64,000 nucleotides of DNA from Marsupella aquatica (taxonomy: Eukaryota; Plantae; Marchantiophyta), in contig OZ316892.1 of assembly GCA_973895155.1 (NCBI GenBank), positions 8,539,251 through 8,603,250 of the forward strand, in the 5' to 3' direction. The notes beneath the pieces were generated by a model, which searched no databases, had not been told where the DNA came from, and was given only the letters and a program-made list of their open reading frames with translations. Shown here in pieces: positions 1 through 11,000 of the stretch (positions within the stretch are counted from its first letter, which is position 1; every line of letters starts with the position of its first letter). The translations under genes and the position numbers were made by a program.

Positions 1-167
1 CGGGAAACCAAACCAGCTGAAAATTAAAACAAATTGCACTACAATTTACCAAACACATTTTTTTTATGCCTCTATTCACATTTCCTCTGGGTCGTACTCT
101 TGTTATGTTCCATTATTCTTTTGATAATTTGTAAGAAAAGAAATTAAGATTTTTCTTTTATTATAAA

Positions 168-195
168 CTAGCTCAATACCCGTGCGTTGCACAAA
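168..195 (-). other. Helitron 3' terminal hairpin and CTAG end
   Basis: The plus strand reads CTAGCTCAATACCCGTGCGTTGCACAAA, giving a GTGC/GCAC stem a short distance from CTAG. The outer CCC no longer has a GGG partner (AAA instead). Confidence 0.85.
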
Positions 196-202
196 AGAAG
201 TC

Positions 203-470
203 GTGGCGGCCAAGATGTCGTGTCGGCCAAGATATCGTTGAGAGAAAAAGATGTGTTGGCCAAGATGTCGTTGAGAAAAAAAGATGTCATGTCCGCCAAA
301 AAGTCATGGAGAGAAAAGATGTCATGCCGGCCAAGCGGTCGTGGAGAGAAAAGATGTTGTGCCAGCCAAGAGGTCGTGGAGAGAAAAGATGTCGTGCCGG
401 CCAAGAGGTGTTGAGAGAAAAGATGTTATGCTGCCCAAGAAGTTGTTGAGAAAAAAATTGACTAAGTATA
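203..470. repeat. Degenerate ~35-bp minisatellite in the Helitron 3' subterminal region
   Basis: Repeated unit approximately GAGAGAAAAGATGTCGTGCCGGCCAAGAGGTCGTG, about 7 copies, decaying into AT-rich variants toward 470-550. Confidence 0.85.
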
Positions 471-627
471 AAAATGTTGTGAGTACAATATGGTCAATAA
501 GTAAAAGATGTCATTAGTCAAAGACATTATGAAGTAAAAGATGTTGTTAAATACAAAAGTGAAAGAATAACATTCACACTTGATACAATATTTTGAAGAG
601 AATACACATGATAAGGTCTTTATTGAT

Positions 628-3600
628 TTAGTAGAGAACCTCATCATATACAACATTTTTGGTCAACTTTGCTTCTCCATCTTCATCGTCTGGAAGTAAC
701 ACTTTTATCCTTGTAGGACATGTTGCTCTTGAAAAGGCAACATACAATTGACCATGACTGAAAACCGACTTAGAAAGTTGCAATCCTACATGTTCTAAAG
801 TCTGACCTTGTGCTTTATTAATAGTCATGGCATATGCCACTCGAACTGGGAATTGGACTCTTCGCAGCATGAAAGGAAGTCCCTCATCTGACGTCAACGG
901 AATACGTGGTATGAACGTTATGTTCCCTGCATGTTTGCCTGCAAGAACCCGCGCCTCTATGACACGGCTATTGATTGTACGTACTATGAGTCGTGTCCCG
1001 TTACATAATCCTGTAGTGAAGTCGACATTACATAAAAGAATAACAGGGCATCCAACCTTAAGTACCAGCTTGTGCAGAGGCAAGCCGCTGGGTGTTAGCG
1101 TATTCAAGAACTCAGTAGGGTAAAAGTCACGTCCTTCCAATTGATCCGGGCGATCTATACTTAAGAAGGTGTGCGCATCTCCTGCGAGCCCTTCCAATAT
1201 TGAACTGTTGATCTTCAACGCCTCCTCGTTCGTTGGCGCCAATATTGTTCTCTCGCTTAGGAACTTGTCATCAATATTCTCCAATGATGGATAAATTGCA
1301 CGAATCAAGGAGTCGGTATCAACAATGTTCTCCGTCATGGATGGCGGGACCATAATCATGTTATTCAACGCTCCTTGCTTTGGCAATTTATCATCCCCAA
1401 GTTGAAGGAGCCATTCTTGGAAAGTCTGGTTCCCAAACTCAATTGAAGTGGATGTACCCCGCGCACGCATATTCTCCGTAAGCTTGAATGTTTTCACAGA
1501 GTGCCAAATGTGAGATTTCTTCAAGCATCCTCCCACAATCTGTGCACGGCTTGCTCTTGCTTTCACCGGCAATACTTGTCGAAAGTCCCCTACAAATGCA
1601 ACCACCAGCCCCCCAAACTTTCTGTTGTCTTCTCTTATGTCGCGAAGTGTCCTATCAAGCGCCTCCACAGCATGTCGATGAACCATAGGCGCTTCATCCC
1701 ACAAAATGAATGTTGTCCTTCGCAACAATTCAGCAAGCTCCGTTTGCTTCTTCACGTTGCATAGTGATTGAGCATTGGGATTGAGAGGAAGCTTAAACCT
1801 TGAATGTGCTGTGCGACCTCCATCCAACAACAAACCTGCAATTCCCGAAGAGGCCACAGCCAACGCTACGTCCCCATCAGCCCGCACCCTACGTAGAAGA
1901 ACATTCTCCACAAAGGTCTTCCCTGTCCCTCCTGGCCCATCTATGAAGAATGTGGAAGCCTCACGACCCCGAACCGCCTCCAATATTGCAGTGTAAGCAA
2001 TGCGTTGCCCAACATTCAACAACGGCTCCTGCTCAGCCAATTGTTGTTCCAAATCCTCTTGGCGATAGGACATCTCCTCCCGTATCAATTGATTGGTGTT
2101 TGCCAGATCTTCACAAAACTGTTCTGAAGGGAGGGGCAACCCAAATTCACCCAACGTCTTCCCTTGGGTGTGCAATGCCTGTCCAATTAAATACAATGCG
2201 AAGCTCCTTTGTTGTTCTTCCGAGGGTTCAAGAAAACCTATGCTGAGAAGGCGATGACAACAATCATCACTCAACTTTGAAGCGTAACTTGTCCACAGAT
2301 CAAAGGGTTGTGTGGGGCCGCCAAAGATGAGGATGGTGATGAACAACCGTCGAAGTTGTGAGCCGGTCTGCATGAGGCCCGCCTCGCCAAGACACCTATC
2401 CCACTCTACATCATTCTCGTACAATCCACGTGCGAGGGCGGCCTCTTTGAACGTTGGATGCACCACGTTCTCAAAAGTTTGGAGATCTTCAAAACTTTGA
2501 GCCCCAGTGACAACAATCAAGAGGGCTCGCAAATAATATCTCTCCCCAGCCGATGGTGCCACAAAGTACATTCGCCCAATGCTAAACCCTTGTTGACGCG
2601 GAGACCATTTCCGTAGAGCCTTGTTCCACGTCCATTCTTGAGGGAAATTAGTGTACGTGACCCTAAACCCTAAACCCTTTCAACCACGTCTATGATGTCT
2701 GCATCTTCATTGAACATCACTGCCTGCTCCCTTTCACAATGCACTTGGAGACGTTGGATAGAAGTACTACTCTCCGCCATTTTAAATTGGAAAATGCGCC
2801 ACGTCCCTTCCGCCGCAGACACGTAACGGGCATCAAGATGTGTTTTGATTTCATCCCGTGACTCTCCAACTTCCACCGTCGCCCGATCATGCCCCTTATA
2901 TACATACTTGTATAAGTACTTAATCGCCTTAATGGAACAACAAATCTCCACGTTAATATGAGCATTGTATTTCATGCTCAAGTATGGGCTATAGGGAACA
3001 ACCCACCTATTGTCAAACCTAAATCCATTATTGTCCTTGCTGAATGACTGGCCATTGTCTCGCCTTCGATACAAAGGATAGCCTCCGTCCCCAAATTGTG
3101 TCTCTGAGGAGAATTCGCGAGGATATTTCTTCGTGCACTTCCCATCTTCCATGCAGGGTGAGTTTGGATAACCTATGCCACATGGACCATGGACCATGCA
3201 CTTGGTTATCGTCTCATGAAGTCGAGGATATTTTACTCTATCTGGGATCTCCGCACACACCAACTCATCCACCTCGTCAGGGGTGCGAATCTTGTGCTGC
3301 TCTGCCAAAATGATCAACATGTGGGCATGGGGCAACCCACGCTTTTGGAACTCTATGACATACATAGAGGCAACGGGCCTTCCTAAGACCCCTTGGCGAA
3401 CCTCTGCTAATAGCGCCCTTAGCTTCAGTTTGAAGCATCGTGCCACAATCTCATCCCGGTCGGCTGGACTTTGAACCTCAAAGCACTCTGCTTTGATCTC
3501 CGGCCATTCTGGATTGCAAGTGAACATGATGAAGAGATCTGGCGGGCCGTATGTGCGTACGACAGCCATGGCATCCTGGTATGCTTGGGCCATGCTACGT

Positions 3601-5727
3601 GCGCTACCACCATAAGTCGAGGGCAGGATGAAAGTCTTGCCCAACTCACTTGCGCGTGTATCTCCCTCATGCACGGCATCTTGAAGACCCGAATATAGGT
3701 CAGTCCGCAATTTTCGTTGATTATTGCGGATATACGTCAAGCATGTTTGATCGATGCATGCATAGGCATCAACAATGTACTGCTTTAGGAGCCGTCCACC
3801 ACGAAGGAGCCAATCATCATTGCATCGTGCATGAAGATGGTATGCAAAGTATTGTAGTTGGGTGACCTTCTTGGACCCGTTACGTCCACTCCTTGCCCCG
3901 GTTAATAGCTTGCTGAAGAACCCCGTCACTCATTTCAAAACCCGTCAACGGGATATCATATGACCATCCGTCTTGGCCTCGCGGGAAAAGAAGAACATAG
4001 TGGAGTGGTGCATAAGACCTATATATGCCACTCAGAGATCCTGCGCACATGCCCATCTATTTGCCTAAGGATGATGTCCCTATGGCATACCTCTATATCT
4101 TCGTCACCCACCATGACAACGCCAATCTCATCAGCCGTGGGCTTGTTATAACATCTTGGATCACTATCGCGCTCCGCCAGGAGGCGTAAAGATACCTCTG
4201 GCACATCTCCCCCCTCGATCCGACTTCCTGCGTTCTTAAATAGATGAACATATCCATTATGTTCATGCAACATGTCTTGTAGTTGAGCCAGTATCCTTGG
4301 ATCCAAGTGCGGCATTCGGTTGAGCCTGCAACAAAAGCAATTAGAACCACTTGGGTTGGAGATATATGAAAATGTACCTAAGCAAGATGGAAGAGCAAGT
4401 GGTCATGGGATTGGGGAAGGTACCTATTCCCCACTTCATTGGCGGTGTCGTAAATGTACAATTGCGCAAATTTGGGTCCTTCTCCTGTAGGGGGCAAAAG
4501 GCTTCCCGCAAGATGGTACAACGCTCCTTGGATACGAAAGGAATAAGGTCCTTGACTATTATTGTGCTCATCCACTTTTGCACCAATGGAGGTAAATGCC
4601 AAGGCATTGTTATAACCTCTTATGTTGTCGCGGAAATTCTTCCCAACATTGTCTTGCCTTGTAAGCAAGCTTCGCAAAGGCTCGGGTGGGGCACCAAAAG
4701 GAGGCAATTTCACCTTGCCGTCCGCACAACAGGCACTAAAAAGGGGATTGTTTTCGGTGCCCTTTTTGCATTCAAGAAGCCAATGAAGTGCCCCACATGT
4801 GTGGCAAACCACGTCCATACGCCCCAAACCATGTCGGGCCAAGTGAGGATCCAACGGCCTTCGCGCCTTTGGAAGACGACTGATTAGTTGTGCCCTACGT
4901 CTTCTTCGCGCTATTTCTTCTTCGCTCCGCAATGCAGGAGTGACTGGTGCAGCTGCCAAACTCTCCTGGACTTCAAACATAATATCCGGCCCTACATTCG
5001 GCTCCCTTTCTCCACTTGACAGCTCCAAGGTCCCCTCCACAAAAGTGTCAAATTCACCATCCCCGTCGTTGACATAATCTTCCTCAGCGTCATATAATTC
5101 CCCCACCGCATGTTGATCAAACCCGCCATCCATTGCCCCATTGATGAGCCACTCCTCATCAAACAAATGAGTTTCAGTGTGAGCGTGCATCGGTTCCTCC
5201 GGCGGACAATCAATCCCCCCATCATCCAACGCCCCATTGATAAGCCACTCCTCATCATAGAGGCAAGGTTCCGGCTGAACATGTGATGCTGCCTCATAGG
5301 ACGCGTTGGAGGCTAACTCCAATGGAGGATGGTGAATCTGACTTTCATCCAAAGCACCTTGAATGAGCCATCCTTCATCAAATACATGTGGGTCACAGGG
5401 AACCATGGGTTGGCGGACCGATGTGCTCGGATCACCAACACCAATATTGGAAATGGCATGGGGCCTTTCCAATGCTTGCCCTTGGCGTCGAGCCTCACGA
5501 CGAAGCTGTCTCCCACTGTTCATATGCCCAACCAAGTTTGGTTGAGCGCTCGCTTCTGCCCGAACCCCATCAGTTGGAGCCCCTGCAGCCCCTCCATTAT
5601 TTCCAACCACCCCATTTTGTTGTTGCCGACGCTGCGCTCGCCTCGCCCTCCGCCTTTCATTAATGGCGTCTTTGTTTTTGGCGTACCTCTCACGCCGAGC
5701 CGCCAATACCTGGTCGGGAGAAGGCAT
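628..5727 (-). pseudogene. Helitron RepHel protein (Zn finger + HUH Rep + PIF1-family SF1 helicase), disrupted
   Basis: Zn finger CHTCGALHW...SACCADGKVKLP. Rep motifs PDLFIMFTCNPEW, VIEFQKRGLPHAHMLI (HUH) and YLYKYVYKG. Helicase motifs GPGGTGKT, DEAPM, GDFRQ, AMTINKAQGQTL and HGQLYVAFSR. One GT-AG intron at 4326-4423. Lesions: 4-bp ATAT insertion near 4021, a frameshift near 3900-3930, and a deletion plus telomeric filler with stop near 2661-2678. Confidence 0.93.
4326..4423 (-). other. Spliceosomal intron within the Helitron RepHel gene
   Basis: AATAG|GTACCT...TTTTGTTGCAG|GCTCAAC. Removing it joins ORF 4378-5727 to ORF 4019-4315 in frame (EVGNR-LNRMPHLDPRIL). Confidence 0.85.
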
Positions 5728-6059
5728 GTTGGCAACGGTACCCTCAGCATAAGAAAGCCCTAATTACTCCATGCTCCCGCCCATAGTCCGTTGTCTGCAT
5801 CCAACGCACATATTTTGTTAGTCATTCTAATTTAAATGAGTCATTTAAATTTACATGCCCCATTCCAAGCTTGACAAACCCTAAGTAAGTTGAACACCGG
5901 TTGGAGGACACCATCGCAAGAGACATGGGATATTAGAAGGAGCCCAATATCCGTCAAGGATACATCCTATAAGGGCCCCCTCATCCCGCCCACCCACCCA
6001 ACCTTGGCGACGTTCCTCCTGCTTCCAGGAGTTGTGCCTCTTGCCCCTAAGTTAACCCA

Positions 6060-6680
6060 TGTTTGCTTACTTGGCTTTGGCCACCCCTATGCCGAGACCC
6101 CTTGGGGCAACGGCACGACTTGGCCAACTTTTCAACTAAACATTTTCCCACTCCTTGCATGATCCCCAAACCCCATTGGTAACCCCAAATTTTTTGTGAC
6201 TTAAAGTTGTTTAACTGAAAGTCGTGGTGGCCGCTTACTTGGCTTTGGCCGCCCCAATGCCGAGACCCCTTGGGGCAACGGCACGGCTTGGCCGACTTTT
6301 CAACGGGCCTTTTTTCCTACCCCTTGCATCCCGCAACCCCATTGGTAACCCCAGATTTTTGGTTACTTTAAGTGTCTAACTTAAAGTCATCGCGGCCGCT
6401 TACTTGGCTTTGGCCGCCCCAATGCCAAGACCCCTTGGGGCAATGGCACGGCTTGGCCGACTTTTCAACGGGCCTTTTTTCCTACCCCTTGCATCCCCAA
6501 ACCCCATTGGTAACCCCAAAGTTTTTGTCACTTTAAGCTTTTTAACTTCAAGTCGTTGCGGGCACTTACTTGGATTTGGCCGCCCCAGTGCCGAGACCCC
6601 TTGGGGCAACGGCATGGCTTGGCCGACTTTTCAGCGGCACAAATTTCCTACCCCTTGCATGGAATCCCATTGGTAAGCTC
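6060..6680. repeat. ~167-bp tandem repeat (about 3.7 copies) in the Helitron 5' region
   Basis: The unit starts GCTTACTTGGCTTTGGCCGCCCCAATGCCGAGACCCCTTGGGGCAACGGCACGGCTTGGCCGACTTTTCAA and recurs at about 6065, 6232, 6398 and 6563. Confidence 0.92.
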
Positions 6681-6898
6681 ATCCATGTTTACTCGGCTCC
6701 TTACTCACCAACGCCATTCCCCCTTGGGGTGGTGGTGTGGTTTGTGTCACCTTCCAACTTGGATCCTGACTTGGATGCATGCTTGAGAGGAGGTGGTCCC
6801 CTCATATATACTTCTGGGGACCTGCCACCCCCGGACCACCTTTGGTCCCGGTATTTTTGGCCCCCAACCCACGTTTTTCAGTGCAAAACAGAGTGGCA

Positions 6899-7316
6899 GC
6901 ACATAACGGCAACAATGAGCATTCTATTGGGTCCAGGCAAGGGCAATGCAAGGCTGAGCCCAGGTCTGAGTCGGGCGTGGAGTCATCGTTAGCAGCCAGG
7001 CCTGAGTTGGGAGCGGAGTCGTTGTCAGCAGCCAGGCCTGAGTTGGGAGTGGAGTCGTTGTCAGCAGCCAGGCCTGAGTTGGGAGCGCAGCATAGGTTTG
7101 GTCCAGGCACATAACGGCAACAATGAGCATTCTATTGGGTCCAGGCAAGGGCAATGCAAGGCTGAGCCCAGGTCTGAGTCGGGCGTGGAGTCGTCGTTAG
7201 CAACCAGGCCTGAGTTGGGAGCGGAGTCGTTGTTAGCAGCCAGGCCTGAGTTAGGAGCGGAGTCGTCGTCAGCAGCCAGGCCTGAGTTGGGAGCGCAGCA
7301 TAGGTTTGGTCCAGGC
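6899..7316. repeat. Near-identical ~209-bp tandem duplication, each copy containing three ~36-bp subrepeats
   Basis: GCACATAACGGCAACAATGAGCATTCTATTGGGTCCAGG... occurs at about 6899 and 7107. Internal unit AGCAGCCAGGCCTGAGTTGGGAGCGGAGTCGT(T/C)GT(C/T). Confidence 0.92.
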
Positions 7317-7539
7317 GTCTTGGGAGTTGGCCGTTGCAAGTCCGGTGAGGGCGACAATAGGTCCGGCGTGGCAAGTCCAGGCAAGGATTCAGCCCTTGTC
7401 CACTTGTCGTCAGTTGTCGGTCCGCAGGGAGGGCATGGCGCAGCGAGGGCAGGGCGCAGCAAGGGCAGTCCGCAGCGTGGGGCAGGGCAATTGGTCGCAG
7501 GCAGGTCCAGGCGCGAGGCGCAAGGCAAGTCCCACCTCG

Positions 7540-8040
7540 CGAGTCGGGCCAAAGGGAGTGGCAAGGCGAGGGGCCAGGGAGTGGCGCGAGGTGCGCGAGG
7601 GAGGGAGGGAGCCAGAGGGAGGCGAGGGAGTGGCGCAAGGGAGCCGGAGGGAGCCGAAGTGGAGGCGAGGGAGGGAGTGGCGCGAGGGAGGGAGCTGGAG
7701 GGAGGCGAGGCGCCACTCGCGAGGCCGAGGGGTGCGGGTCAGAGTTTAGGGTTGCGAGTCGGGGGTGTGGCCGAGCGAGGGAGAGGGGAGGTGGTCGGGG
7801 CAAGGGAGGGACGGCCTCGCAGCTAGGGAGGGAGGGAGGGCGGGTGTCGCGGCGAGGGAGGGCCTCGCGCCTTGGGGGAGGGCCTTGCGCCTGGGGAGGA
7901 AGAGAGGCAGGGACACGGGGAGGGCTGCGGCGGCAGCGTCAGGTCGTCGCAGCAGGGAGACAGGGAGGGACGGAGAGAGGCGGGGAGACAGGGAGAGAGG
8001 TGGGAGGCGGGGAGACTCGGGCCCAAGTGCGGCGACGGTA
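7540..8040. repeat. GC-rich, strongly G/A-skewed low-complexity tract near the Helitron 5' end
   Basis: Recurring GGGAGTGGCGCGAGG and GAGGGAGGGAG motifs. ORFs here are low-complexity artefacts. Confidence 0.7.
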
Positions 8041-11000
8041 TGGGCCGCTGCTAATGCAGGGTGGTCACTGCGGCCGCTGCGGATGCAGGGTGGTCGTGGA
8101 GGATTTTAGACGGCGCGCTATTGGCCGCGGCGTATGCAAGTGGTCGCGGCACATTTTATCCCTTATTGCTTACGCATTTTACGTTTTCAATTCTTTTACA
8201 CCCTAAACGGCCCTGTTAATTTAAACGACGACCACGGCAAAAAATGGCGCAACCTTGTATTATAGTTTAGGATTGTGTTGCTGCACATGTGAAGCATGAT
8301 TTAGCTGCATCATAAAACCTCCAAAAACTTGCCTCACTCGATGCTCTTTTATACTCTAGAAGCCTAGACCTCACCTCTAGCTTGGAGTTCTTGCTTTATA
8401 ACTCAAATAAGATGTTTTTCCAGCACCAGTTAACCAACCATGTACCGTTAATAACTTAGAATCATTCCAAGTCTAAAATCATGCCACAAGTCATGTGCTT
8501 AACAAACTAAGTAAAACGGCGAGAAAAAGGGACCACTTCGTCTTCCCAGACGGAAAGTGAAGTTTTAACAGACGGCAAATTAAAACCAAAACACAAATTC
8601 CACGACCAGGATTCGTAGTCTGGAAGCAGACCATCAGAAAAAAAAGATAAGGGATTGCTTCCGATGGCTACCTCTCTCGCTCCAGGAAAGCGGATCAGCA
8701 CACCTGTTTTTGGGGATCAGAGTGAGCGGATCGTCTGGTTGGGTACAGTCGTAGTGTCAAAGTTCATAAATCTGCTTCAACAAAAGTAGTATCCTCAACT
8801 ACTTTTGAAAGTGCTACGATTGGGAATCTCAAGTCGCAAGGCACCTGTTGCAAAACGTTAGTGAGTGGGTTTCCAAGATTGTTATCAGTAAAGTCTGCTG
8901 GACATAGACAGAAACTGAACGCGTATAAACAAGGAATTTTCCTTACTGGGGAGGAGCCTATTGGAACTTAACATACAATTCGGTCCTACCAGAGATACAT
9001 GTAATTACTCCTCTTCGATTGATGTGAGGCAGGTATATTACCCCAAAGACCTACCAGAGCAATCCGCAATGGTTGAAGTGCCACAATAAGCTGGCTTGTA
9101 GCTTCGTGTCCAAGCCACAAGGAATATGTCGCCTCTCATCTCTCAATTGATGTCACCTCCACGTTATGTCGTAAGAACTTCACAATTGTAGACCATACTT
9201 TCGAGAACAAGAGACTAGCACTTGTCCAGAGGTGGTGTGCACAGAGTACCTCTACGTTGTTGGTCTTGAGCCTCGTTAGGGCCCAAGAGCACCCAAAATC
9301 TCGGTAGTGCACATACTTCTGGAAGAATTCTGCTCTGCAGACTTGAACGTATATTTTTTACTATACACACAGCCCGCGGCAGGGCAGACTGGCTAATTCG
9401 AATTTGCACTCTGCAACAATTCGTAATCCCTGTTAACTATGTTGTTCATCTCGCCAAACATAGAAACGAAATGAAGTCTTTTGGAGGGAACGTAGTTCAA
9501 AAACACGAACTTCTATGGATTGGTTTGCATTGAAAACAAAATGATGCGCTCTACAGACCAGCTCGCTAACAAGTTCCGCTACTTGCCCGCAGGCAATCTG
9601 TTGTGGTGGACGTTGAACCAGGCTGTCTGGATACCAAAAAGGTCTTTTGACAGTATAGATATGATGGGCTATGCCCCCATGTAGCTTGATCCCTTCGTTT
9701 AAGTGTCCTCTGTTAAAGCTATAAATTCTTCCCATGTCTCCTCCGTACACTTGCTTTTTTCACATCATCTTCTCTTCTTCATTGTAAACCTGTAGGCCTA
9801 CCATTCCTTAATTAGTTTCTCTCCTGCACATACATTCACGGTCTGCAAAGTTTCTAAACAAACTAATTACTTTTATCCCCTCCAAAAAACGACCACATCA
9901 GTTTGAGGTGGAAACAAAGGTAGAACTGGAAAGGACATGATGGCTTGTCCAGGACAGGTTGGGATCTTCTGAACATGTGAATTCAACAGATTTTAGTGTT
10001 GATTGCCAGCCGGTGCCTACGAGCCAACAATCAAGTCAGGTAATGGCCTGAATCGGTGCTAAGCACGGTTGGATTTTCAGTTACACATAAAACAGAACAT
10101 TTGTAATTGTACACTTATGACAGCTCCCTGTTCATTGGCCCCGGTTTTTGGGATGCAAGGATATTCTTAGTAAGCACCTGGAGAGAATGGCGACTGCTCA
10201 TCCTCTTGGGTCTTGCCATTTTAAAGCAGCTACCTCCTCTGTTTCCTCTGTTTTTTTTTAAAGGATATTAGGAAATTGTCAAGTACCGTGCAAAAGCAGC
10301 AGTGAACTAGGATAGAACGATTTTATCACGTACACACTGTTTCATTGACCTAAAATGCATGATTGCAAAATCTTCCCAGCCTCCCAGGTAAATTGTTGAT
10401 TCTTTAAATAGACACAGAGGAGTAACGTGGCAGACAAAGCAAATAAGGAGATGATCTTCAGGTTGCGATGACTCGTATTCTGAGATCGATCAATACAGAA
10501 CCAAACTGGAACTTTGAATGAATTTCCGTTCAACCCAGATTCACATTTTGTCAGTCTGTAATCGGGTCTGTAATTTATCTAGCTGTGGAAAATCTTCCAG
10601 AGAGCGGGAACAAACATTCCGTCCCAACATATTTGATCATCTGGAGTGCTCTTTGAAAGATATTGACTCCACTGTTTCTAGAACCGGTTGATAATTTCCT
10701 TTACAACTCTGTGCGTCAACAAATCCCATCCACTGGGTAGCTTTCTACGCTTGAATCTATGTAAGCTGTTTTGTACTCATTCATCTCGCCATTTTCTTTC
10801 CCACACAGAAGTAACTCTGAATCCCAGCAGTGGCCAAATTTAGGACCAAATTGACTCGAAAGTTGTGGTACTATATAATGCTTCTAAGGTTAGCACAACC
10901 TGGATTCACATGATCAGGGTCACGAGCAACGAAAGTATTTAGATTGCGAAACACCTTAGAGAAGCCGGAAAAGAAAAACTCTGCGAGAATAGATTTCTGT

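Larger units (their letters stand above)
168..8272 (-). mobile_element. Full-length Helitron (rolling-circle transposon), autonomous type but inactivated
   Basis: The minus strand begins A|TCCTAAACTATAATAC at 8272 (5'-TC). It ends ...GTGCAACGCACGGGTATTGAGCTAG|T at 168 (subterminal hairpin plus 3'-CTAG). The element sits between host A and T with no TSD and encloses a Rep/helicase gene. Confidence 0.9.

Noticed and set aside
628-2571. Host PIF1 DNA helicase gene
   Set aside because: It is contiguous with the HUH Rep domain and enclosed by Helitron termini, so it is the C-terminal part of RepHel.
6779-8206. Multiple 100-240 aa ORFs on both strands
   Set aside because: They arise from GC-rich tandem repeats and low-complexity sequence in the Helitron 5' region and show no recognisable domain.
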